Shown here: in pieces, positions 45,082-59,484 of the stretch
Numbering within the stretch: the stretch's first letter is position 1
Layout of the letters: every line of letters starts with the position of its first letter
Assembly: GCA_963693365.1 (NCBI GenBank)
Contig: CAVNZM010000002.1
Span: 4,542,259-4,606,258, forward strand
Origin: Amoebidium appalachense
Lineage: Eukaryota > Protista > Ichthyosporea
Reading direction: 5' to 3'
DNA: 64,000 nucleotides
Position numbers and translations under genes: made by a program
The notes under the pieces: model-generated
The model's input: the letters and a program-made list of their open reading frames with translations, nothing else
What the model was told of the DNA's origin: nothing
Databases searched by the model: none

Positions 45082-46025
45082 GGGGGAGGGGAGGGGGGGG
45101 GGGGGGGAGTGGGAGGAAGGGGGTTAGAATGTAGAATGTTTTACAGTGTGCAAAATAGCATTCATAAAAGACAACGTAATGCATATTTCCGAGCACACAC
45201 ACAGAGTCCTGATATTATACGCAGAGCCTCTCCTCATGGGGGCACAACTCATTGCCCATTCCTCAGTCCCTCCACCTGCCATCCTCTTTTTCCTCCAGCT
45301 TCAAGGTATCTCCCCTTTCCCCCCTTTCCCCCCTTTCCCCTCTTTCCCCCCTTCCTCCCCCCCCCCCCCCCCCCCCCCTTCCCCCCCACCCCCCTCTCAA
45401 TTCCTCCACCCCTCCCACCACCTGCCCCCCCCCCCTCCCCCCCCTTTCCCCCGCCCGCCCCCCTCCCCCCATGCTGCCTTGTGTATTGCACGTACGTTTC
45501 CATTAGCCAGGACCACAAAGTTGATGCCCCATGTGCGCATCATCAGAGCCAGCTGGGTGTAGGGCCCATCAGCAGCCAGGCTCCAGCCCTCAGGCACACT
45601 GAATCGCCACCCAACCTTGCACGTGCCCCCTGCATGATTTGTGAGCACAACGGAAGGGTGGGGGGGGAGAGGGGAGGAAAGGGTAGGGGTAGTGAGAGAA
45701 AGCAAAGAGAAGGGGAGAGGGGGTGGAGGGGGATAGGACAGGCGGACGTGTGTGTGTATGTGTGTGTGTTGGCTGAGGGGGGGAGGGGGGGAGGGGGGAG
45801 GAGGGGGGAGGAAATAATAGTAGTAGGAAGCACCACGGCACATGATGCAAGTCATCTATTGCATGTCTCTCTCTCTGTGTGTGTGGGTGCGCGCAGACGA
45901 GGTGGGGCTGTGCCATGCAGTGCGCAGTAGTGTGCACGACAAATCTGGAATTTGCAATAGTACGAACACCTTGATGTGTGCCTGTGCATTTTCTAGGTGG
46001 AAGGAACGGGGGACAAGTCGTGAGT

Positions 46026-46060
<35 letters not shown>

Positions 46061-46737
46061 GGGGGGGGGGGGGGGGGGGGGGGGGGGGAGGAGCAAAAGA
46101 GCGCTGAGCCTATTGCACGTGTGCATTGTACAGAGACAGTGGTATGGGCAGGGGAGGGCGCAAGCAAGCACGTGTAGGGGTGGGGGCATGGGAAGGGGCA
46201 CGTACGTGCCACGGAGGTAGAGGGCAGGGTGTTGTCGATCACGGCATATCTGCTGCCCCCCACCACGATGTATGGGTCCTCGGGTTTCTCAGGCACCGTC
46301 GTGTCCACGGCCGGACACTTGGTCTTTTGAGGCATACGATTGGCCGGCGCCATGACACACTTGCTGCCCGCAGGCGCCGTACGGGGTGGTGTGTTTGCAG
46401 GTGCGGGTGCTGGGGCGGGTGCGGGTGTTGGTGCGGGTGTGGTTGGGGGGGGTGCTGTAGCTGGGGCTGGTGTAGTAGGCGATGGCGAGGGAGCTGCCAT
46501 CAGAGTTGGTGCAGCCGACGTGGGCGCTGGTGGTGGTGGCGGGGGAGCTGAGGTAGGGTTTTGCGCTGTGGGGCAATGGGGTGTGTGAGTGTGTGGTTGT
46601 GTGGGTGGAAAGGGTTATGTGCCGTGTGGAGATGTAAGCACGACCCCCGCAAGGACGAAACAGTTGACTGGTGGCCATTCGGTGGGGCAGGCACAGAGAT
46701 GGTGCACGACACAGGACGTGTGCAAGTGTGTGTGTGT

Positions 46738-46781
<44 letters not shown>

Positions 46782-46965
46782 GGAGGGGGTGCCCACTAGG
46801 TCAATGGTGTGCACGTGCATTGGAAGGGCAGAAAGACGTGGCGCTGGTGGTGGACAGGAGGAGGAGGGGGTGAAGGAGAGGGTACACGTACAGAGGAGTT
46901 TGGTTTGGGGGTAAAGGGAGGAAGAGAGAGGGGAGGGGGATGAGGAGGTTTTGGGCGGAGAGTTT

Positions 46966-47017
<52 letters not shown>

Positions 47018-47769
47018 GAAGAGGAAGGAGGATACACACGTGTACATGTGACCTGGATGGCCAGGTGGTTGTCCACGGCCTTGCAGGGGTCACCAAACAG
47101 AGCATTGGTACTCTGCACCGTGCACGTGGCCTTTTTGAGGCACTGCTTCTCCACCTCCCCCTGGGCCTTATCACTGCTGCACGTGCCCTTGCTGAACGAC
47201 CCACACTGCAAGGGTGGGCGGGGGGGGGGGGGGGGGGGAGGGGGGAGAGGTTAGGAGGTGGAAAAGGGGCGGGGGCCCAGGGGGAGGGGGGCCGGGGTGG
47301 GGGGGGGGGGGGGTGGATGGATGCAATGATGTATTGGCCATGAATTGGGCGTATGGGAAAATTCGAACATATGGAGGGGCACAGTGATTGGCCTATGTAG
47401 GTTGGTGCCGCAAGTGGCATGGCACAGAGGTCCTTTACGTGCTCAAATGAGGGTAATGCACACGGGGGTGGGAAGGGGGAGAGGGGGGGGGGGAGAGGAA
47501 GAGGGGAGAAAGGGGGGCTTGGCGGGAGGCAAGGGGGGGGGGGGGGGGGGGTGGCATCTTGCAAGGACACTAATTAAGGAAAAAGATGGGGGAGGTGGGT
47601 TGGTACCGTTCCCTTGATGTCTCCGTAGCCGGCAAAATCGACCTTTGTGATGACGTCACCGGCATTGGGGCAGGTCAGAGTCACCTGGCCCCCCTTCTTG
47701 CCCGGCCCACCACACACGGGCCCGGCAGCACGCCGGCCACGCTTCGTGTTGTTGTTGTTTCCACCATTT

Positions 47770-47802
<33 letters not shown>

Positions 47803-48200
47803 TTACCGTTATTGTTGTTGTTGTTGCCGTTCTTACCATTGTTGTTGTTGTCGTTTTTATCGTTGTCATTTTTGTCATTTTTGCCATTTCCCTGGTTCTT
47901 ACCTCCAGGGTCTGTGAGCCAGACAACAGTATCAGAAAGTGCAAGTGTATGGGTCGATGGGAGCAAAGTCTGGTGTGTGCTGACCAATCAGAGACGAGGA
48001 GGGCCGCTGGAATGCATTGTGTGTGGGCATGTGGCGTGCTAGAGTGGGCTGAGGCTTTTTCTTTGTGCGTGTTTTTGAGTTAGTGTACATGCGTACAGGT
48101 GTACATGTGTACGTGTGTTTATGCACGCCAAACCACCCTTGGTATGTGTGCATTCCTAGGCAGAGAGGTTTGTGTAACCGTTCGGATGCTTGTGTACGTC

Positions 48201-48231
<31 letters not shown>

Positions 48232-51083
48232 GTGTGTGTCGGGGGGGGGGGGGGGGGGGGGGGGGGGGTTGACGTGCAGGGTTGCGTTGCTGTGCATGGA
48301 TGTGGGTGCTGGTGTGTATATGTGCATGTGCCTCTCGGTGTGTGTCCGTGTGTGTACATGTGTGCATGTGTCTCCATGTGTGCATGTGTGCACGTGCCAG
48401 GATTTGTGTGTCTGCACGTGTGTACATGTGTGCACGTGTTTACACGTGTATGACATGTGTACATGTGTGCATGTGTGTACATGTGCCCGTGCTTATACAT
48501 GTCAGCATGTGTATGTGTACATGTGTGTGTGTGCCTGCAAGAGTGTGCCCCACCTCCACACGTGTACTGCACGGCCAGGGACTTTGCCAGCTGGGGGCAT
48601 GGGTCTGTGCCCAGCACGGCCTTGCCCACCAAGATGCTGCACGTGGTCTCCTGCTCGCACTTGATCGTCACAAATTTACGCAGGTCTGCATTGCAGCCCC
48701 CGGCTGTATGTGTGTGTGTGGGGGGGGGGGGGGGGGGAGGGGGGGGGGGGGGGGGTTGGGTGGGGGTGGAGGTAAGACGTTAGTCTGCCTTAGCTCTGTT
48801 AAAGGGGGAGGTGGTGAAGCATAGAGGAATAGAGGCGGAAACAGAAGTGGCTGCAAAGGAGGAGGAACGCGAGAGTCGGGCGGGGTGAGGGGAGAGTGGG
48901 GGGGAGGGGGGAAGGGGGGGGAAGGGGCTATTGTAATGATCAGCCCACGGCATGCACGTGTGGGGCTTGGGGACACGTACGGCGGTGGCTGCCGCATTTG
49001 GTGGTGTCTGGGGTGCCGTAGTATCCGGTGATGACGTCACTGATCACCTTGCCGTTAGGGCAGCCAATCACAAGAGGGTAGCCGTCACGTGCCACCGCAC
49101 ATTCGACATTGGCTGCACTGGTGTGTCAGCACGTGTATGCCGCAAAGGAATGGGTATGGCCGGAAAACACGTGCATGCCCAGAAAGCACGTGCATGCCCA
49201 GAAAACACGTGCATGCGCAGAAACACGTGGATACCCAGAAATGCCCAGAAAACACGTGCATCCCCATAACACACGTGCATGCCCTGTAAAACACGTGCAT
49301 CCCCATAACACACGTGCATGCCCAGAAAACACGTGCATCCCCATAACACACGTGCATGCCCAGAAAACACGTGCATCCCCATAACACATGTGCATGCCCA
49401 GAAACACGTGCATACCCATGAGCAAGCACATGCCCAGAAAACCCGTGCCTGGGTGAAAGAAAGCCCGTGCATATGTGTCAGACATAGGTCCATCTTTGCA
49501 GTGGGAAGGGTTCCAGCCACCCACTCTGATTAAAGGCCTGCATGCACGTCTGCCCACAAACACTTTTTGAATAGGCAAAAGAAATGCAAGACACACTTTG
49601 TGTCTATTCTGTGACCCAACCAGCGTGCACCGTGCTTTATAGCCAACTACTGGCACGACCCCACACCCCTGCCACTTTACCCCCTTCCCCCCCCCCCCCC
49701 CCCCCCCCCCAACATCCTCATCCCCCCGCTCTCTTCACCCCATACCAGCCCACCCCACCCACCCCACTCCCTCCAGCCCGTCCTCCCCCCCCCTCCCCCC
49801 CCCCCCCCCGCCCCCCATCCCCCCTTTCCCTCCCATCTCTTCCTTCCCTTCCCGTATCTCCCGAATATCCTCCCCCCTCCCCCCCACCCACCCACCCACC
49901 CACCCACCCACCCAACCCTCTGCTACTTACAGACACGTGCAAAGCCAACAGGAGCAACTGTGGTGCCGCCAGCAGGTTTAGGCAGCACAGGGCAGCCCGT
50001 GAGATCTAAGCCCCCCTTGACCTGGATGTAGTTGTTGCCGTTGTTTGTCAGCACACTGTAGTCGGTGGGCAGCAGCTGGCACTGCGAGTTGGTAATGTTG
50101 GGCACCTCCTTCTCGGAGTTGCACGTGAAGATCACGGCCTCGTTGGGTAGCTCGTAGCACGTGCCCTCTGTAGAGGGAAAACGGGGTTATGAAAACGGGT
50201 CATGAACCGGGGTTCATAAAAGAAGGGTTTTATCAAAAAAATGGGGTCTAGAGTGATTGGAACGGCGGATGGGGAGGGCTCAGAGGGTGGGACACAATAC
50301 GATACGATGCACTGGGATAACATGGATATTCATGTATGTATACGGAAAAGAAAAAAAGTTTGAAGAGAAGCGGCATAAGCAATTGGCCACTTAGTTATAT
50401 CGTTACAGTAGAAGGGTTTGAGGTGGAAGGGGGAGGGGGAGGAGGGGGGGGGGGGGGGGGGGGGTTGGGGAGAGGGGGAGGGGGGAGGGGGAGGAGGAGA
50501 AGGGGCAGACGGTAGGAATTGGGAAGCCACTTTTGAAAGAAGGGGAGAGTATGGGAGCAACTTGAGTAGTGGGATTACTCTGTGTGTAACCAAGAACACA
50601 AGCCAAGAAGGGGCTGGAGGACAAAGACTAGCTGGGGTGCAGCCACCAAAAACAACCAGGCGCGTACCGTCCACAGGGGGTGGTGGTGGCGGCGGTGGCG
50701 GTGGGGGTGGTGCTGACGTGGCCACCACCACGGGCTGGGCCGTGGACTGGGGGGGTGCCGGGGCGGCACTAGAGACGGGGCTGGGGGGGAGACTAGAGGC
50801 AGCGGGTGGGGGTGGGGGCGCACTAGGGGTTGCCGAGGGTGGGGCTTTGCTCGCACCGGGGTTAGCTGCGGGTGCCTGGATGGACTTTGCCGGCGAGCTG
50901 GGGCCGGGTGTGCCTCGGTTTTGGTTATTGGCGGTGCCAGTGGGTTGGGTGGAGGGGGCACCGGTTGTGACGGCAAAGCCTGCGGGAGTCTTGTTGTTGT
51001 TTTTGTTGTTGTCCTTTTTAGAGGTGGTGGTGGTGTTGTTGTTGTTGTTGTTGTTGTTTTTGTTGTTGTTTTTGTTGTTGTTC

Positions 51084-51130
<47 letters not shown>

Positions 51131-51274
51131 ATTGTTATTCTGATTGTTGTTGCTATTGTTGGCCTTTAGCCCGTTAGCCGGTAGAGCCAATCCCACTGCA
51201 TCTTCCCTGGCTGTATCTGTGCCGAAATGAACAAATCAGCAAGAAACACATACAGATGGTTGTGGGCATAAGTT

Positions 51275-51331
<57 letters not shown>

Positions 51332-52435
51332 ATGTGTGTGTTTATGTGTGTGTTTGCCTGTGTGTTTGTCGATTTGTGTATGTCTGTGTGTCTTGTGTGA
51401 TTTGACGTGCAACGTTTGTCCGCACTCTCAGCACTCAGTCGGTTGTGTAAATGGCTATGTCGAATATTTGTTGCATGCGCTGTGTGTGTGGAAGTGGGCA
51501 GGGTTCTTAAGCCATCATAATGATACCCGATATATGTGGGCAAGGTTGTGCCGGTGTACGTGTGTGTGTACGTGTGTGTGTACTGTAATGGTTGAGTGTG
51601 CTGATGTTGTTGCGCATGCACATGTGCGTGTGCATGTGTGTCTCTGCATGTGTGCGTGCTTGTGTGTGTGCATGTGTGCATGTGTGCGTGTATGCATGCA
51701 GGTATGTGTGTGTCTGTGCGTGTGTATGTTTGTGTATGTGTGTGCGTGTGTGCGTGTGCGTGTGCGTGTGCGTGTGCATGTGTGCGCATGTGTTCGTGTG
51801 TGTGGGCATATGTGTGTGTATGTGCGTATGTGTTTTTTATTTTATCCCGTTTTGTTCCCGAGGTGCCCCTAGGGGCCCTCAGGGGGAACTACCGTCTTCC
51901 ACCCAGCACCGAGAGTACTCTAGCTAGGGTGCTACGGTGCTATTAGCTAAACTAACACACCTATAACAATCCTAACTATATGTACACACTTTGCCCAGGG
52001 TATCAACCCCAGCCACGCCGGTGGGTTGTGTATGTGTGTATGTACGTGTGTGTGTACGTATGTGGGTGTGCGTGTATGTGTATATGTGTGTGTGTGTGTG
52101 CGTGCGTGTGGGCGTTGTGTGTGTGCGGGTCTGTGTTTTTGAGGCTGCTACGTTTCAATTCCTTGTGTGAGAATGTGTAAGGTGCGCACTCACATCGTGT
52201 TTGCATGTTCTTTGTGTGTATGTGTGTGTGGTCCATGTATGCCACTGTGCGGCAAAATTCCGGTGCATTACTGTAAGTGTGCATGCACACTTGTCTGTGT
52301 CTGTGCACTAGGGTTGGTTTTAAGACGGGTGTGTCGGAGCCTGCACGGGCGAGAATTATCCCCCCCCTGTGTGTGTGTGTTAGTGTGTACGGTTGCCTGT
52401 GTGCGACATCCATCACATCTGTATGTGCAATGGTC

Positions 52436-52466
<31 letters not shown>

Positions 52467-52660
52467 CGTGTCTGTGCGCTAGTGTGTGTGTTCGCTCGGG
52501 TTGCTGTGTACTAGTGTGTGTACCTGTCTTGATGTGTGTGCCAAAACTATGGCTTGTTTTTTGTGACAGAATGAATGAGTGATTGTGTGTGTGGGGGGGG
52601 GTAAGCACATGTGCATGTGTGTGTCTGTGTGTCACGTGTGTGTTTGCTTGCATGTGTGTC

Positions 52661-52737
<77 letters not shown>

Positions 52738-52835
52738 CACTTGTTTACCAGCCTCTCTCTTCCTTTCTCTCTTTGTCTTTCTCTCTGTGTAGGCATGTGT
52801 GTGTGTATGTGTGTGTGTGTGTGTGCCCGCGTTCG

Positions 52836-52904
<69 letters not shown>

Positions 52905-53052
52905 TGGGTGTGTGTGCGTGTTTGTGCATATGAGCTGGGTGTATGTGTGGTTTTGTGTGTTTGTGTGTGCATGGGTCCGTGTGTGTGTGTATGTGTATAC
53001 TGTGTGTACATGTGCGTGTGCGTGTGTGTGTGGGTGGGTGCGTGTGCGTGCA

Positions 53053-53145
<93 letters not shown>

Positions 53146-53709
53146 TGCGTGTGTGTGTGTACTTTGGTGCGTACATGCAAGCGTGTGGGAGTTGTTGTTC
53201 CAGCTGTCACAGTGTGTTTGTGTCTGCGCGTGTGACAGTGCGCAACGTCTGTGCGTTTGCAATGTATGCGTATGTGACACACATACAATGTGAGCAATGT
53301 GTGTGCACATGATGTGCGTGTGTATGACTGTGTGTGCGATGCAGCTGTGGTCCCGGCAGGAAATGTCACACGTGTGCATCAACACCGCTTGCATGCTATA
53401 TGCCCGTGCATAAATACCGCATGTGTGCGCACTTGCAAGTCTTTCAGGTACATTACCAACGTGTGATGTATCTATCAACAGAGGGTAAGTGTGATTTTTG
53501 TATGCTGACCCCATAAAGGATGCGTGTGCATCCAAAAGCGCAATGCAAAATGTTTATGGGCTGTGTTTGCATGTCTTCTTTGTGTCAGATTCTGTAAATG
53601 CACACGTGCAGGCACGCGGGCACAACACGTGATACACACCTTGAGCAAAAGACAGCGCAGAAAAGGTTGCAAAAAGTAACGCAGCCCTTAATACCCGTGT
53701 CAACGCCAT
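36971..53709 (-). CDS. Type-I membrane mosaic lectin-like protein, 23 exons, 1322 aa: signal peptide, Asn-rich/Pro-rich, 2x SUEL (Gal/Rha-binding) lectin, 3x unnamed repeat domain, Agd3/CBM87-like module, TM, short tail
   Basis: Exons 53709-53640, 51216-50668, 50167-49931, 49112-48981, 48703-48554, 47911-47607, 47205-47040, 46565-46206, 45629-45496, 45013-44943, 44622-44507, 44056-43983, 43567-43305, 42421-42253, 41777-41614, 40985-40802, 40331-40290, 39909-39777, 39144-39002, 38798-38646, 38252-38159, 37796-37683 and 37116-36971; 3969 nt, all GT-AG and in phase. Signal peptide [27 protein letters not shown] motifs: [20 protein letters not shown]...CEQETTCSI....LGTDPCP...KSLAVQYTC and [19 protein letters not shown]...CLKKATCTV...LFGDPCK....LAIQVTC. 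TM: [28 protein letters not shown]. Confidence 0.85.
42714..42796. repeat. 83-nt poly-G homopolymer (the longest of dozens of intronic G/C runs)
   Basis: Direct read of the sequence; the exact length may be affected by sequencing error. Confidence 0.9.
44059..44431 (-). repeat. 26-bp minisatellite, ~14 near-perfect copies, each containing a branch-point motif on the sense strand
   Basis: Sense unit ATGCCCTGACTGCCATGTGCACGTGC. Internal copies continue ...GTGCAT; the final one continues ...GTGCAG, the acceptor of exon 44056. Confidence 0.95.
49145..49445. repeat. ~19-20-bp minisatellite (AAAACACGTGCATGCCCAG / ATAACACACGTGCATCCCC) just upstream of the branch point of exon 49112
   Basis: About 15 alternating variants with the core CACGTGCAT. 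Confidence 0.88.
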
Positions 53710-54902
53710 GGCTGGCGCGGAAACAGGTCAAGAGGGGGAATACACACAGCCTCCGAGCAAACTGATGGGAGAAGGAAAGGGTACCACCAACTATGTCTTA
53801 CTCCTAACTAGTTATCAGGCTATGTTTGGGTGCGACTATGCGCTGTGACTATGACTCTGACCATGAACCCTGGGGTTCTGGCTCTGTGTTTGGGGTTCTC
53901 GGGTAGGTGTTTGCAGCTAAGGAAACCGACGTATGCATATAGAAATATTGGAAGCTAAAAGTGGAAGCTGGCACAACAGCATTTTTCGGTGAGGGCTGGG
54001 CCCAGTGTGTGCTTGACAAACACAGTGAATGACCTTACACCAATCATTGGGGAATGATTATGTGAGATCTTGATAATTTGATTTCCACTTGCCCAGGCTA
54101 TATACGGTGCCGCGCTGCGTTACTACAACGCTATCTCCATAGAAAAAAAATGATAAACCAACGGATGGGGCTTGGTGTCCAGAAACGTTTTGCCATAAAC
54201 CTTCCAGATGTTTACAAAGAGAGTAGAAGTAGAGGACCTTAAGTCATTAATGGATGCTATTTGTAGATGTACATCGAAATGTAATAGGCCATTTACCTAA
54301 ACCAATAAACCAAATGCATTGATTGAAAGCTATCGCCGCTTTTTGATTAGTTATCAGCAGATCCCAGCTAATAATGATTGGATAAAGAAATGAACTGCAG
54401 GTGATTGGTAGACCTAAATTCTCTCAACCAATCGTAGAAGGCCTGAACCGGGGCTTTTCTTGGATATGAGTGACTAGACGGTGTCTGCACATAGTAGACA
54501 GACGAGGTGCGCGAAGATTGAACCTGAGTAGGCTTTGTTGAAGCTAGTAAAGAAGAGACAGCTAACTATTAGTAAAGAGAGAGGGGTCAGCCTGTGTTGC
54601 TAATAATTCCGTTATTAGGATGCGGCTGCATGCATGCCTTATGTACTGGGCAAAAATTGAGAGTGCCACGCGCTCCACTCGAGCTCGTTGTGCATATATA
54701 ACGGTGATGAGCACAGCAACACGCAGGACGAACTGTGGCTACCTACCTAGAGAACAAACAACTGTAGGAAGAAACACCGACATGCAGCAAGCTGCGCGGC
54801 TTGCACATGTGCAGGATTGCGGGACACCAAATCCAATTTATATACGGTAATGACTCGCCACGTGCATCTAGAGTACTATGTACACTTTCGCGTACGTTTG
54901 TG

Positions 54903-57076
<2,174 letters not shown>

Positions 57077-57694
57077 GCCGAATCACCCACATGTCACGCA
57101 CACACAAGAAGCTGCACGTCCCCACGCAATACCGTAGGGTATGTTCCTCGCTCAAGCTCGCCATGGCCAACTTGTGGTATTATGGTGTTGTGTTGCACTT
57201 GCTAAAAAATGTGATTGTAAGGATAATTATATGCCGCGAGTAAACAAATAAGCCGCAAGCCAAGGTGAGGCTCGGTGGCCAGTGCCGGCTACAAAATCGT
57301 AAACACGTGTCGTGTGCCAGAACCGGGTGGCCATGTGACTGGAGTCGAACCATGGGCCGTGTCAGACGCAAGGCCTCCTTCTCTGACTTGGTCGGACGTG
57401 TGGCGACCGAAGCAAGCTACGAGAATGTTCGTTATTGACGGAGACAGCACCGGCAGCGGATTGGCTAACCAGGAAGCGCTTTCTACTATTGGTTAGAAGA
57501 ACTGCGTCACGAATCCCCCAAAACTCTTCAAACGCGGGAATGCATCTCCATGATTCCATCCCATGAGAAAGCCCATGTATGTGCACATGTACACTGCTCG
57601 ACTAATAAGCATTTGTATTGCGTTAAACATACGGTGGTTTAACAGATAGTCAATAAAAGTAATATCAGGATTATCTAAATAAGCTAGTCTTCGA

Positions 57695-58440
57695 TTTTTT
57701 TTTCCTTTTTTTTTTCGAATTTCTAACGGAAGAATCTGAGATAAATAATAAATACATTTATCTGTTAAAAAAATTATCTAGATGTTTGCGAGAAAAAGGT
57801 TCTGCACAAAAGTGACACAAACATTTATGGAAACTAAGGTTACAACGCCAAAATAAACATTTCCAAGCAATATCACACGAAGGGGTTAGAAAGGCAAAAT
57901 CGGCAAGTGTGGTAGGTTTACGAGAGGAAGGATGAATATAAGTAGCTAATTTACATAACGATTGTAGAGAAAATAGACGAGTCTCTAATATAAAAAGAAG
58001 CACAGGCTCAAGAGTCCTACCATGATACTCTTTATCACGACGATGAAGCAAAGGATATTGAGTATGAAACCAAGTAACATACTGCTGATAAATAGGGGAA
58101 GAGCAAAATAAAGGCGACAAATATTTAAAAGGATATCTCTGAATGGGAGATAGATTGGTGCCAGGACATTTCGCACGAACATTAGAAATGGGAACAGGGT
58201 CTAAAGAAGGAAAGAATTGCAACAAAGGATGATAAGAAAATAGCCTAACCAAATGAAAACAAAAGCGAAGGCCTAACTCATGCATACGCTGACTCGCTGG
58301 AGGGACACCAAAAACACTCAGCAAAGGAGCCGCCAGAGGATGCCTATAGCTATGGGGGGGTTTGCACCACTTTCGAGGTCCGAGAGATGAACTGGATAAA
58401 TTCACGCTGAAAGGAATCGAATTTCCGAAGAATTTTTTTA
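57695..58440 (-). mobile_element. Decayed 3' fragment of a non-LTR (LINE-like) retrotransposon ORF2, post-RT region
   Basis: AT-rich and intron-free. The minus strand reads KILRKFDSFQREFIQFIS, then a frameshift, then LLSVFGVPPASQRMHELGLRFCFHLVRL...HPLL...ATYIHPSSRKPTTLAD....IAWKCLFWRCN....CHFCAEPFSRKHL (a CxxC...H knuckle-like end). An A-rich tract follows on the minus strand (T-runs at 57695-57715). No RT core is visible; the assignment is from recalled similarity. Confidence 0.5.
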
Positions 58441-59301
58441 CTTAGCTAATATAGTATTGCAGTCGGAGAGAAGAAATGCCTAGGTACATGTTGGGTGTCA
58501 AAAAAGGAACTATTATTACAATCATTCCTACATTGCTCAGCCCAGTCAGAAGAAAGTATATGTAGCCAATTTAACCAACTATATTGCTTGAAAAGAATCT
58601 GAGCTTATGACGTGGCACAACCCAGAGAAGTTTAGGAGGTTTAGCTTTTTCGGAGAGGCGGCAGATTCTAAGACTTCCGAAGTCAGAACATGCAAAAAAC
58701 GACAACCTTTTCTGTTATACTCAAACCTGCTAAGCCCTTGCTTGAAAACATTCCAACTTGATTTAAAATACTCTCTCAAAGCTAGACGACATGCTAATTG
58801 TGTTCCAACTCAGGTGGAATGAAACACGTTGAAGCCGGCACCTTATTCCCCTAATTTACCCCGCCTCTCATAAGTGGCTCACTCCCATAACACCAGCTAT
58901 AAAAGTCAACCGCTGCGCGAATTTTCTTCCATCTTCGCTCTTTTACCAGAACGGACTCCATCCGTGATCCCTCAGAGTGCCTCGAGTGGGTGTTTCATAT
59001 TGTCACCACACACATCTTGATACAGTCATATTCCTATTTTTTATTATTTTTTTATTTGTTTTATCCAGAAATAGCTCAAGAAAGAAACGTTCCATTCTCA
59101 TAATCCTAGAGGTTAACGAGAAGCTGTAGAGTTTTAAGTTACAGTTACTTGTCGCTTGCCCGATCAGTGGTATCTGGCGGGCTGTAAAGAGGTTTTTTTA
59201 TTTACGAGCACCTCAAGTTTCCTGTTAACGTGGTTTATGATTATTATTCACACGCAACGACGACACAAATCCTTGAGCTAAAGCCCACCCAGAACCCAAA
59301 C

Positions 59302-59484
59302 ATGCATCCAGCTGGGCGCAAGGCTCTTCCTTCGTTGGCAGCGCTTGCCACCGTGTCAGCAGGCTTGGTTGTCACAGGCCTGCGCGCCAACGCTCGACAC
59401 CTACAGGCAGTGCAGACGGCGCAGACGGCCTTTACGGGTGTTTCCGTGCAAAGAAGCACCATATATACGGCTCCCATCTACTGA
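59302..59484 (+). CDS. Putative small intronless protein, 60 aa, with one hydrophobic segment
   Basis: MHPAGRKALPSLAALATVSAGLVVTGLRANARHLQAVQTAQTAFTGVSVQRSTIYTAPIY. Start context CAAACATG; a GC-rich coding-like island between AT-rich flanks. Confidence 0.45.
   Translation: MHPAGRKALPSLAALATVSAGLVVTGLRANARHLQAVQTAQTAFTGVSVQRSTIYTAPIY

Noticed and set aside
51890-51920. Optional phase-1 micro-exon (EYSRCWVED) in intron 1 of the lectin gene
   Set aside because: Splice signals are plausible, but it is not needed for frame and has no independent support, so it was left out of the model.
53863-53908. Signal-peptide-like mini exon MNPGVLALCLGFS|gtaggt on the + strand
   Set aside because: No compatible downstream exons were found, and it lies about 150 bp upstream of the lectin gene start, probably promoter/5'UTR.
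54050-54400. Possible Tc1/mariner transposase C-terminal remnant (LKSLMDAI...NALIESYRRFL...)
   Set aside because: The similarity is vague and interrupted by stops, and no DDE/SPDLNPIE motif or TIRs were seen.
57352-57438. 28-aa ORF MGRVRRKASFSDLVGRVATEASYENVRY
   Set aside because: Too short, and no upstream exon chain could be linked to it.
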